From Candidatus Binatia bacterium (GTDB taxonomy: Bacteria; Desulfobacterota; Binatia; HRBIN30): DNA of 64,000 bases. Each line of letters opens with the position of its first letter. Within the stretch, counting starts at the first letter, position 1. Made by a program: the position numbers and the translations under genes. Below are positions 40,216-49,849 of this stretch, in pieces. The stretch spans positions 392,632-456,631 of the forward strand of contig JBBRSP010000001.1 in NCBI GenBank assembly GCA_038245295.1, read 5' to 3'. The notes under the pieces were generated by a model. It saw nothing but the letters and a program-made list of their open reading frames with translations. It was not told the DNA's origin and ran no database searches.

Positions 40216-41372
40216 GTCATCCCGATAAGGTGATCCTCGCCGGCTATCTCGTACGCTGCCCGCTCGGCGGCTACGCCTGGCAGGTTCTGCAATACATGGC
40301 CGGGCTGCGCGCCGCCGGCTTCGATCCGTACTTCTACGAAGATACGGCATACTATTGGGACTGCTTCGATCCGACCACCGGCAAAATGCCCAGCGGGCCC
40401 GAAGCCGGGCTGCGGTGCACGCGTGAGCTGTTCGAGCGCTACGGGTTTGGCGACCGGTGGGTCTTTTGGGATGCACAGCGCGGGCAGCATCATGGCATGA
40501 GCGCATCCGATCTCACCGAGCTGCTGTGGGAAACGCGCTATGTGATCACCCTGGCGGCGGTGACGCGCCTGCCGCGCCGCCACCGCGAGTGCAAGATCTT
40601 CCTCGATATCGATCCCGGGTTTACGCAAATCGTCGTCGATCAGGGCAAGTATGAATCGCGCGGCCTGCTGGCCGAGCACGATCTGCACTTTACGTTTGGC
40701 GAGAACATCGGCACGCCCGGATGCCATATTCCGAATGCCGGCTTCGAGTGGCGACCGACACGGCAGCCGATCGCGACCGATTGGTGGGAGCCCCTGCCGG
40801 CGGACTCGCGGGCGCCTTTCACTACCATCGGCCGCTGGAACGAGAGTGCCCGCGATCTGACGTTCGAGGGCGTCACCTATTGTTGGCGCAAACGTGTCGA
40901 GTGGATGAAGTTTCTCGAACTGCCGCAGCGCACGCAGAGCCGCTTCGCTCCCGCCATCGACGCCGATCGGATTCCGGAGGACGCGGCGGCATTGCGCGCC
41001 TACGGATGGGCGACGCGCGATCCGGTGCAGCTTTCTGCCGATGCCATGGGATATCGCGACTTCATCCGCGGCTCGCGCGGCGAGTTCACCGTCGCCAAGG
41101 ATCTCAATGTCCGGTTGGCAACCGGTTGGTTCAGCGATCGCGCCGCCTGTTACCTGGCGGCCGGTCGTCCGGTGATCAACCAGGACACCGGTTTCGGGAA
41201 CATCCTACCGGTCGGGGATGGTCTGTTCGCCGTTCGCACCTTGGACGACGCCACGGCCGCCGTCGCGGCGATCCAATCCAACTATGACCACCACTCCGCC
41301 GCGGCCCGGGCAATTGCCAAGGAATACTTCGAGGCCGGTGATGTCATGCGGCGGCTCATGAACAACGTGTGA
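40212..41372 (+). CDS. Putative GT-B-fold glycosyltransferase, paralog 3
   Basis: CPLGGYAWQVLQY; SRGEFTVAK..GWFSDRAACYLAAGRPVINQDTGF; GTGA overlap with upstream stop. Confidence 0.7.
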   Translation: MSHPDKVILAGYLVRCPLGGYAWQVLQYMAGLRAAGFDPYFYEDTAYYWDCFDPTTGKMPSGPEAGLRCTRELFERYGFGDRWVFWDAQRGQHHGMSASDLTELLWETRYVITLAAVTRLPRRHRECKIFLDIDPGFTQIVVDQGKYESRGLLAEHDLHFTFGENIGTPGCHIPNAGFEWRPTRQPIATDWWEPLPADSRAPFTTIGRWNESARDLTFEGVTYCWRKRVEWMKFLELPQRTQSRFAPAIDADRIPEDAAALRAYGWATRDPVQLSADAMGYRDFIRGSRGEFTVAKDLNVRLATGWFSDRAACYLAAGRPVINQDTGFGNILPVGDGLFAVRTLDDATAAVAAIQSNYDHHSAAARAIAKEYFEAGDVMRRLMNNV

Positions 41373-41569
41373 CGATCGCTCCAAGCGCGACGCAAAAGTG
41401 ACCTTCCGCGTCCGGCGCGTCACTCTTGCGACACAGTTTCCCAAGAGAACGAGCAAAAGATTGCGCGTTGACACGTGTAGACGCGACCCTGATCATCCTG
41501 GCTCGTAATTCGCTTACGGAACGCCCCTGAGGCGTAGGGCGTTCTAACGCATGGAGGGAGATCACCGCG

Positions 41570-43039
41570 ATGGGTGACCAGAATACGGTTCTTTCCGCAT
41601 CCGATGCGGCGCATTTTCTGCGGCGTACCGGCTTCGGTGCCGCACCGAAGGATGTTGCGACGTACACGGGGCTGACGCGCGGCCAGGCGGCGGACAAAAT
41701 TCTCAATTTCAACACCGCCGGGGTGTTCCGACCGCGGGGCAACGACAGCCGCAAGCTGCGCGACTCCTGGCTGAAATACATGATCCGCAGCAACCGCCAG
41801 CTGCAGGAGAAGCTCGTCCTGTTCTGGCACGATCACTTCGCCGCGGGTGCGGACAAAGTAGGCAACAGCCTGCGTACCGCCGACTACAACCACCTGTTAC
41901 GCCTGAACTGCAAAGGCAATCTCAAGAATTTCGTGAAGGCCATCAACCTCGATGGCGCCATTATGGTGTACCTCGACACCGTCGATAACCATAAGGATCA
42001 GCCGAACGAGAACTACGCCCGCGAGTTGCAAGAACTGTTCACCCTCGGAGTCAGAGATCTGAACGGCATGCCCAACTATGCGCAGGCGGACATCGTGCAG
42101 ATTGCCCGCGCCTTCAGCGGTTGGGACTCGAGCTACAACAAGAACAAGCCGTCGTTCAACGACTACGATCACGACTACACGATGGACTTTCCGGCCCGTG
42201 GGGCGAAGGTAATCTACCAGACCCATGGCGGGTTCGGTCCGGCGGGGAAGGACTTTACCCTGCCGGCTGGCGAAGGTCCGGCGGAGATCAGCCAGGTCAT
42301 CGACATCATCTTCCAGCACACCGACTCGGACGGCAAGAACACCGTGACGCGCTTCATCACACACAAGCTGCTCGAGTACTTCGGTCATGCCGGCCCATCC
42401 AAGACGATCGTTACCGATTTAATCACGACGTCGAGCTTCGACACGACGTTCGAGATCTCGCCGTTGCTGCGGGCGATCTTCACGCACGACTTCTTCTACG
42501 AGACGGCGGTGCCGGCACCCTTCAACGGGGCGACGCAGAAGTCGGTGAAGTGGCCGATCGATTATGTCGTCAGCACCTTGAAAGCCCTCAAGATCAATCT
42601 GAAGCAGACCAAGTACGACCTCTACATCAACGGAAGTTTCTACAGCAACATCCACAACAGCCTGGAAAACATGGGCCAGCTGATTCTCGAGCCGCCGAGC
42701 GTTTTCGGGTGGGATTGGGAGACGGCGTGGTTGAGCAGCGCGACCCTGCTGTCGCGCTTCGAGTTCGCCCGCAACGCGACCAACGCCTACGGCAACGGCC
42801 GAACGAAGTTCCATCCGGAGAAACTGATCGATCTGGGTCTGTCCGACCCCGGCGACATTGTCGACGCGGTGACGACGTATCTGGGAGTCAAAGATCAGTT
42901 CAGCACATCCGATCGCCTGGCGCTGATCGCGTACCTCGGTGCCGGCCCGATTGATCTGCACAATCAGGACACGCGTGAGGTCAAACTCAACGGCTTGTTC
43001 ACCCTGGTCCTGCAGGCACCGGCGTTTCAAGTTCACTGA
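41570..43039 (+). CDS. DUF1800 family protein, copy 1
   Basis: HFLRRTGFG, EKLVLFWHDHF, PNENYARELQELFTLG, PPSVFGW. Confidence 0.9.
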   Translation: MGDQNTVLSASDAAHFLRRTGFGAAPKDVATYTGLTRGQAADKILNFNTAGVFRPRGNDSRKLRDSWLKYMIRSNRQLQEKLVLFWHDHFAAGADKVGNSLRTADYNHLLRLNCKGNLKNFVKAINLDGAIMVYLDTVDNHKDQPNENYARELQELFTLGVRDLNGMPNYAQADIVQIARAFSGWDSSYNKNKPSFNDYDHDYTMDFPARGAKVIYQTHGGFGPAGKDFTLPAGEGPAEISQVIDIIFQHTDSDGKNTVTRFITHKLLEYFGHAGPSKTIVTDLITTSSFDTTFEISPLLRAIFTHDFFYETAVPAPFNGATQKSVKWPIDYVVSTLKALKINLKQTKYDLYINGSFYSNIHNSLENMGQLILEPPSVFGWDWETAWLSSATLLSRFEFARNATNAYGNGRTKFHPEKLIDLGLSDPGDIVDAVTTYLGVKDQFSTSDRLALIAYLGAGPIDLHNQDTREVKLNGLFTLVLQAPAFQVH

Positions 43040-43059
43040 GTGGGTGGAGGAATCATTCG

Positions 43060-44469
43060 ATGGCACTGTCTAGACGACAATTTCTTTCCCGCACCGGCCT
43101 GGCCACGGCGGGTATGTTTGGTTCGGGGTTGTGGCGGAGTCCGTTCATCCGGCGCGCCTACGCCGATACCATCGGCGACCGTTATGTGATCTCGCTGTTC
43201 CTCAATGGCGGCAACGATGGACTGAATACCGTTACGCCGATCGCCAACGGCGGTAGCGGCACGTTGCGTACGGCTTATCAGGTGGCGCGTAAGACCGGAG
43301 TTGGTGGGCTGCAACTCTCGGCGGCCGAGCTCGCCGCCACGGCAATCGGCAACGATCCGATTTCGGGAACACCGTTGGCGCTACACCCCGGCTTGGTTGG
43401 ATTATCGAGCCTGTATAACGCAGGGCACGTTGCTGTCATTCAGGGCTGTGGATACCCGGACTACAATCTGTCGCACGAAACCTCGCGTCGCACCTGGGAG
43501 ACCGCCATCCTGGGCGGCAACGGCAACGGCTGGATCGGCCGCTACCTGGCGCAGAACTATGGCGGTACCGACATCCCGGCGCTCAATATCTCGGGTGGTG
43601 TCGCGGGTGATTTCCAGCAAAATGCCACCAGCGTGCTGGCGGCTGATCGGGTTGCCTATCTGGAGTTCCCGTACGGCTACAACTCGGACAGCGAAAAGCT
43701 CGCCAAACGCGCTTGTTTCAACTCCCTTTATGGTGATGCCGCCTCGTCGTTGCAGGCTGCCTTGAGCTACACGGGCTCGGCCGGTTCCGCGACTCTCGAC
43801 GCCACGGATAGCTACCCGGGGCTCGAAGATCTCTACGTCGCCGATCGCGCCAGCTTCGACCTGCAGTACGACACGCTCGACAAGAGCACCGGCAACGACC
43901 TGCGCGAGATTGCCAAGGTGATGTACGGCGTCAAGCAGAACGCGATGGGCGTCCACGCGCGTCACTTCGAGCTCTCGAACGGTGGCTACGACACCCACTC
44001 GGATCAAGGCACCAGCGGGGCGATGGACCAGCACTATGGGTTACACCGCGAGCTCGGTGATTCACTGCAGCTGTTCTACTCGGACATTGCCGACATGGGC
44101 CTGGCGAGCAAGACGCTCATCTTCGTGTTCACCGAATTCTCGCGTCGCGTCACCCAGAACGACAGCGGTACCGATCATGGATCGCAGGGGCCGGTATTCG
44201 TCATCGGCGGTGCCGTCAACGGTGGCGTCTACGGCAACCACCCGAACATCAATGCCGCCGCTCTCGATGACGGCGACAACACGGTCTACTCGCAGGCCGT
44301 TGCTGATCCGTATCGCTCGACCGACATGCGCGACATCTACGGAACGATCCTCAAACACTGGCTCAACATGTCGGCGCCGACGATTCTGTCGTCGGTGCTT
44401 ACCGCGGATGGCGGTGATCCTGATCTCTACTGGACGGCACCGAATTTCGACATGGGATTCCTGCCCTGA
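43060..44469 (+). CDS. DUF1501 family protein (Tat signal), copy 1
   Basis: LSRRQFL, GGNDGLN, LHP, SH, GYDTH, TEFSRR, GTDHG. Confidence 0.9.
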   Translation: MALSRRQFLSRTGLATAGMFGSGLWRSPFIRRAYADTIGDRYVISLFLNGGNDGLNTVTPIANGGSGTLRTAYQVARKTGVGGLQLSAAELAATAIGNDPISGTPLALHPGLVGLSSLYNAGHVAVIQGCGYPDYNLSHETSRRTWETAILGGNGNGWIGRYLAQNYGGTDIPALNISGGVAGDFQQNATSVLAADRVAYLEFPYGYNSDSEKLAKRACFNSLYGDAASSLQAALSYTGSAGSATLDATDSYPGLEDLYVADRASFDLQYDTLDKSTGNDLREIAKVMYGVKQNAMGVHARHFELSNGGYDTHSDQGTSGAMDQHYGLHRELGDSLQLFYSDIADMGLASKTLIFVFTEFSRRVTQNDSGTDHGSQGPVFVIGGAVNGGVYGNHPNINAAALDDGDNTVYSQAVADPYRSTDMRDIYGTILKHWLNMSAPTILSSVLTADGGDPDLYWTAPNFDMGFLP

Positions 44470-44512
44470 CAGTTCAACGGCGTCGATTCGCGGAAGGGAA
44501 CTAAGAGGATTC

Positions 44513-45586
44513 ATGCAACGCACCCCATCGCTGATGCTAGTTCTGGCCTTGGTGGCCGTGGCTTCTACGACGCGCGCCCAAATGATCGGTGGTGGCGGTC
44601 CGGCGAGCACCGATTGCTGGGTGACACTATCCTCCATGCCGTCGCCCAACCGCCCGACATCGAAGCCAAGCTACGTGCAGTGCGCCGATCAGGACGTGAC
44701 GTGTGGTGACCAGAACCCGGCCCTCGGCTACTGCCAGTTCCAGGCGCAGTTATCGTTGAACACGTCGACCGGCTTCCCTTTGTGTGCGCCGACCGACGCG
44801 ATGGGCTTCAACATCCCATACTCCGGACCAACCAACGACGATCATCCAAAACACATCAACGACTTCGAGGTGCTGCAGCAGTTTGGCGAAGGCAACATGC
44901 CGCTGAGCAGCACCGACCTCGACAAACTTTCCGGCTTCAAATCGATCGGTGTGCGGCTGGGAGTTTCGTTGAGTGGTAAGCCGCACTTCATCAATACGAC
45001 GCTCAAACTCCAGCCGACGGTGTGTACGAGCGGATTGCTTACCGATGGCAAATGCCCCCCGGGGTTCGCCAAGGATAGCGATACCTTCAAGTTCGTCTGC
45101 ACGGCGCCCGTCGACATGACCGGTGCCAAGATCAGCCCGTGCAGCGGCATCGCCAGCACGTTCCAGCAGATCCAGGAGCATATCTTCGATCGCAAGTGCA
45201 GCAATATGGCGACCTGCCACGGCTCAGCCGATCCGGCCCACGATCTGTGTCTCAAGCCAATCTGTGGGGCGCGCTCCGCCTACACCGACCTCGTCGGGGT
45301 CACGCCGCACAATTTCTTCGCCAGCACGGACGGCTTGAAGCGTGTCGATCCGACCAATCTCTCGAACAGCCTGCTGTGGCGCAAGCTCAAAGGCGGCAGT
45401 CTGCTCAACAACACGACGTTCGGCACCAGCGCCTACGGCTTCCGTATGCCGTACCACAATCCCAGCGCCGATCGGGCGCGACCGAAACTCACGGGCGGTG
45501 AGATCAAGTTGATCGAGCAATGGATTCTTGCGGGAGCCCCTCAGACGGGGTTCATCGCGACCACGTTCAGCGGGGCATGCCAGTAA
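44513..45586 (+). CDS. Secreted Cys-rich protein with C-terminal atypical cytochrome c-like domain
   Basis: RBS + ATG 44513, signal peptide; IFDRKCSNMATCH, RVDP...NSLLWRKL, RMP, IEQWILAGA. Confidence 0.65.
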   Translation: MQRTPSLMLVLALVAVASTTRAQMIGGGGPASTDCWVTLSSMPSPNRPTSKPSYVQCADQDVTCGDQNPALGYCQFQAQLSLNTSTGFPLCAPTDAMGFNIPYSGPTNDDHPKHINDFEVLQQFGEGNMPLSSTDLDKLSGFKSIGVRLGVSLSGKPHFINTTLKLQPTVCTSGLLTDGKCPPGFAKDSDTFKFVCTAPVDMTGAKISPCSGIASTFQQIQEHIFDRKCSNMATCHGSADPAHDLCLKPICGARSAYTDLVGVTPHNFFASTDGLKRVDPTNLSNSLLWRKLKGGSLLNNTTFGTSAYGFRMPYHNPSADRARPKLTGGEIKLIEQWILAGAPQTGFIATTFSGACQ

Positions 45587-45648
45587 TCGGGAAGTTGCGC
45601 GCGGTGGCGGCCAGCGGCGCGACTCATTGACGGGGAGGAATACGGCGT

Positions 45649-47142
45649 ATGCCCAATATCAGTCCGGCTGCGTGGAATTACGACACGGCGGCGCATCTCC
45701 TACTGAGAGCCGGGTTCGGTCACGATGGCCGCTTCCGCAAATCGGCCGGCGAGGCCAATCAGGTCAGTTCCCTGGCCAAGAAGACTCCTGACGATGCCGT
45801 TGCCGCGTTGTTGCGCATGAAGACGTCGACGGCCCGCGGGCCGGCCAAGCTCGGCGACGGCAACTGGGCCAAGCTGCAAGGCTGGTGGCTCGATCGCATG
45901 GTGAAGAACCCCAAGGCCGTGCGTGAGAAGGCGGTCCTGTTCCTGCACGCCCATTTCGCCACGGCGCGCGCCAAGGTCGACCGGCCCTACTACATGGCGA
46001 TTCAGAATGCGCTGTTTCGCGAGTTTGCACTCGGCGACTTCCGCAAGTTGGTCAAGCGCATCAACATCGATCCGGCGATGCTGTGGTGGCTCGATGGAAT
46101 CTCCAACAAGAAGGGCTTCCCGAACGAGAACTACGGTCGCGAGCTGCAAGAGTTGTTCACCCTCGGCGTTTACGACTTCGCCGGCAACAAGAACTACTCG
46201 CAGAACGATGTGGAGCAAGCCGCCAAGATCCTGACCGGTTGGCGCAACCGCGAGGATCACGCCAAGCTGTCTTCCTACTTCACGATGAGCCGCCATGAAC
46301 CCGGATCGAAGACGATCTACGCCTCCGATGCGGCGGAAACGCCGAACCAGAATCCGACGAATCAGTACCTCGAGCCGGCCAATGCGATGGACGAGACTCT
46401 GGCGACCACCGAGCACGAGCGCTTGATCGATGCGATCTTCAACCACGTCGATACGGAAGGCCGGCCGACCGTGGCGCGTTACATGGCTCGAAAGGCGTGG
46501 AAGTTCTACGCCTACGACCCCGTGGTCGACATGGGAACGTCGCGCGCCGACCTCTCGCTGATCGACGACTTGGCCGACGCATTCAAAAACAGCGGGTACA
46601 ATTTCGGCGAGCTGTTGCGGGCGATCTTCCTGCGCGAAGAGTTCTACGCCGACAGCACCAAGACGGTGAAAAGTCCGGTCGAGTACGTCGTCGGCACGCT
46701 GCGCATGCTGCGTGGCAAGCTCAAGGGCGCGACGCGCGACAACTATTCTGCCGGCAAGCTTGCCGACATGGGGCAAGAGATCTTCAACCCGCCCGATGTC
46801 TTCAGCTGGCGCGGCAACGACGCCTGGATTACCTCGCAGACGATGCTCAAGCGCTGCGAGTTTGCTCGCGACCTGGCGCAGAACGACACGAGCACCAAGC
46901 ACGAGCTTGGATTCAATATCTTCGGCTTCATCGATATTGCCGAGACGACACGCGCCGGTGTCGTCGATCAATTGTTGAAACTTCTAGGCCCTCTGCCAGT
47001 GGATTCGATGACTCGTGACGAGTTGATCGCCTGGCTCGGCACCATGGATCCGATCGATCTCACGGACACAACGTTCGTCGACAAGAACGTGCGCGCCCTG
47101 ATCAATCTGATTCTGACGCTGCCGCAGTACCACGTGCAGTGA
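45649..47142 (+). CDS. DUF1800 family protein, copy 2
   Basis: HLLLRAGFG, PNENYGRELQELFTLG, KSPVEY, PPDVFSW. Confidence 0.9.
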   Translation: MPNISPAAWNYDTAAHLLLRAGFGHDGRFRKSAGEANQVSSLAKKTPDDAVAALLRMKTSTARGPAKLGDGNWAKLQGWWLDRMVKNPKAVREKAVLFLHAHFATARAKVDRPYYMAIQNALFREFALGDFRKLVKRINIDPAMLWWLDGISNKKGFPNENYGRELQELFTLGVYDFAGNKNYSQNDVEQAAKILTGWRNREDHAKLSSYFTMSRHEPGSKTIYASDAAETPNQNPTNQYLEPANAMDETLATTEHERLIDAIFNHVDTEGRPTVARYMARKAWKFYAYDPVVDMGTSRADLSLIDDLADAFKNSGYNFGELLRAIFLREEFYADSTKTVKSPVEYVVGTLRMLRGKLKGATRDNYSAGKLADMGQEIFNPPDVFSWRGNDAWITSQTMLKRCEFARDLAQNDTSTKHELGFNIFGFIDIAETTRAGVVDQLLKLLGPLPVDSMTRDELIAWLGTMDPIDLTDTTFVDKNVRALINLILTLPQYHVQ

Positions 47143-47156
47143 GAAGGAGGCGCCTC

Positions 47157-48617
47157 ATGCCATTCAATCGACGAGAATTTCTACAAGGCACCCTGGCTGC
47201 CGCCGCGGCGGCGTCGTTTCCCACCATCTGGATGCGCGCCCGCGAGGCGAGGGCGCTCGACACGTGCGAGCAGGGGATCAACTTTGTCATCGTCCAGCTG
47301 AAGGGCGGCAACGACGGTCTCAATACGCTGATCCCGATGACCGACGGCACCGGCCAGAATCGCACCGTCTACACGGCGAAGCGTCCGTACTTGGGCATCA
47401 ATCCGAGCGACCTGGCGGCGACACAGGTCAGTAACGATCCGCTGCACAACGGCCAGTTGGCGTTGCACCCGCACATGCTTGGCTTGAAGGGCCTGTTCGA
47501 CTCGGGAAATCTTGCCGTCCTCGCCGGCTGCCACTACGCCCAGCCGAATCTGTCGCACGACGTCTCGGAGCGTATCTGGTATCGCGCCGACCCGCCTCTG
47601 CATGGGCCCGGCACTGGTTGGGTCGGCCGCGTGCTGGATGGCCTGTGTGTGGGCCAGCCCCTGGCGGTTCCCGCGGTCGACACCTCGAGCCAGCTGACGC
47701 CGCTGTTCTATGGCAACACGTCGGTGCTGGCCTTCGACAGCTTGTTGAGCCTGTCGTTCCCGACCCTCGGTAGCCTGAGCACGACGCAGAAAGCCGACTA
47801 CAAGGCGCGCTTCCTTAATATCTACAACCAGGCGATCTCCTCCGGCGGCTATCTCGGGAAGCTCGGCGGCTCCGGCTACGCCGCCGTGTCGAAAATCAAC
47901 GATTACAAAACGACGACGAGCACGACGGCGACGAATCTGAACGATCTGATCAACGGCACGACCCTCAGCAGTTCCGGCGCCTTCGGCGTTTCTGGCAAGA
48001 CCCAGGGCTACGGCCTGGCGAAGTCCCTGCGCACCATTCTGGCGTTGATGAAGGGCGAGCAGCCCGGCAACGTACCTCTCGGATGCCGCATCTTCCGCGC
48101 TTCGATCGGCGGCTTTGACACGCACGGCGATCAAGGGGCTCACATCCCGCTCGGTACGAAGAGCATCGCCACAAAGGTCAATGAGGGATTCGCCAATGAG
48201 AATTACGGGGCGTTGATGCACCGCCTCGATCGCGCCGTGTCGGCGTTCTGGCAGGATCTGAAGGACAACAACCTGCACGGCAACACGGTGGTCATGGCGT
48301 TCTCCGAATTCGGGCGCCGCATCGAAGAGAACGGCAATCACGACGCCGACAGCGGCACCGATCACGGCAGCGCCGGGCCGGCCTTTGTCATCGGACCCAA
48401 GGCCGGAGAGTCAACCGCCGCCGCGCACATGGTCGGCGGTCTGTACGGCGCCTTCCCCGAGCTGAACGTTCCCGACAGCAACGGCAACATGGTCTATCAG
48501 CTTGATTTTCGGCAAATGTACGGCGAACTCATGACCAAGTGGTTCGGACTCGGCAACGGAACCGTCAGCACGATCCTCAACGGCTTCAGTTACTCGCCCG
48601 TTGGCTTCCTAGTATGA
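47157..48617 (+). CDS. DUF1501 family protein (Tat signal), copy 2
   Basis: FNRREFL, GGNDGLN, GFDTH, SEFGRR, GTDHG. Confidence 0.9.
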   Translation: MPFNRREFLQGTLAAAAAASFPTIWMRAREARALDTCEQGINFVIVQLKGGNDGLNTLIPMTDGTGQNRTVYTAKRPYLGINPSDLAATQVSNDPLHNGQLALHPHMLGLKGLFDSGNLAVLAGCHYAQPNLSHDVSERIWYRADPPLHGPGTGWVGRVLDGLCVGQPLAVPAVDTSSQLTPLFYGNTSVLAFDSLLSLSFPTLGSLSTTQKADYKARFLNIYNQAISSGGYLGKLGGSGYAAVSKINDYKTTTSTTATNLNDLINGTTLSSSGAFGVSGKTQGYGLAKSLRTILALMKGEQPGNVPLGCRIFRASIGGFDTHGDQGAHIPLGTKSIATKVNEGFANENYGALMHRLDRAVSAFWQDLKDNNLHGNTVVMAFSEFGRRIEENGNHDADSGTDHGSAGPAFVIGPKAGESTAAAHMVGGLYGAFPELNVPDSNGNMVYQLDFRQMYGELMTKWFGLGNGTVSTILNGFSYSPVGFLV

Positions 48618-48680
48618 GCGACGCGGCAGTAACTCCGCGGCGTTCCTCAACCGGAGACAGTCTTGGGAGGGAATCGGTCA

Positions 48681-49802
48681 ATGCACATTGGGCATAGACC
48701 CTGGAAACGAGTTGCTTGGGTATGCTTGACGGCGTTGGTCTGGCTCGGAGTCGGACATGCGGCTCTGGCGCAGGCGGATCTCTCCGGTTCGTATGACGGA
48801 CAGCTGGTGGCGACGAACGGCGTCACCGCCAGCAGCGTGGCGGCCACACTCAGTCAGTCTGGTCGCGTTTTGAGCGGTACGGTTTCGCTGACGCTGAGCG
48901 AGGCGCGACTGACGGGAACCTACAATGTGCACGGGAAGAATACCGGGAAACGATTCTGGCATCTCGGCAAGAGTGACACGGGCGCGCGCTTCTCGTGGCG
49001 CGGCCCGGCGAGCGCCGCGCCACTGACCGGACGCCTGCGACTTGCTACCCGACCGTACGTCCACCTGCGCGGCACCCTCACCCTCACGCCTGGCACAGGA
49101 GGAGGGGGTGGTGGCACGGGTACCGGTGCTGCCTTGTACACGCAGAACTGTTCCGCCTGCCACGGCGCGGATGCGCGCGGTGTGGCCGGACGCCCCGACA
49201 TTCACTGCAATAAGGCGATTCACGACACGGTGCGCAACGGCCGTACCGGCTCGATCGGGGTGATGCCGGCGTTTGCGAACCTGTCCGACGCCGACATTGC
49301 GGCGATTCAAAGTTTCTTGAACAGCCTGTGCACGACGCCGCAAACTCCGGCGGAGTTCTTCAGCAGCTCCTGCGCCTCTTGCCACGGCAGCGACGCGGCG
49401 GGCCTCGGTGGGCGGCCGGATATCCGCTGCACCGTGCGTAGCCGCATCTACAATGCGATGCGCAGTGGGCGCGGCAACGGTCTGATGCCGGTGTTCACGG
49501 CTAGCGCGGTGCCCGATACCCAAGTCGATCAGCTCGCCGACTACCTAGGGTCGCTGTGCGACGGCACGCCGGCCGGATTCTTCCGATCCAACTGTGTGAC
49601 CTGTCACGGCGCCACCGGCGGCGGCGGTGTCAACGCCGATGGGATTCCTGGGCCAAATATGCGCTGTACCGCGACCAACGACTTCCTGGAGAAGGTCCAA
49701 TTGGGCAGCAATCCGATGCCGGCCTTCCCCGAATTCACGACAACCGATGTCCAGGCGATCGCCAGTTTTGTGCAGGTGAATTTCTGTCCGCTCGGCGGCT
49801 GA
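48681..49802 (+). CDS. Secreted triheme cytochrome c (three class-I-like domains)
   Basis: Signal peptide; CSACH, CASCH and CVTCH, each followed by an MPxF distal Met. Confidence 0.88.
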   Translation: MHIGHRPWKRVAWVCLTALVWLGVGHAALAQADLSGSYDGQLVATNGVTASSVAATLSQSGRVLSGTVSLTLSEARLTGTYNVHGKNTGKRFWHLGKSDTGARFSWRGPASAAPLTGRLRLATRPYVHLRGTLTLTPGTGGGGGGTGTGAALYTQNCSACHGADARGVAGRPDIHCNKAIHDTVRNGRTGSIGVMPAFANLSDADIAAIQSFLNSLCTTPQTPAEFFSSSCASCHGSDAAGLGGRPDIRCTVRSRIYNAMRSGRGNGLMPVFTASAVPDTQVDQLADYLGSLCDGTPAGFFRSNCVTCHGATGGGGVNADGIPGPNMRCTATNDFLEKVQLGSNPMPAFPEFTTTDVQAIASFVQVNFCPLGG

Positions 49803-49849
49803 GCGCCACGGCACGCGACTCGATTTCGGACGACCAGAGGAGAGAGAAA

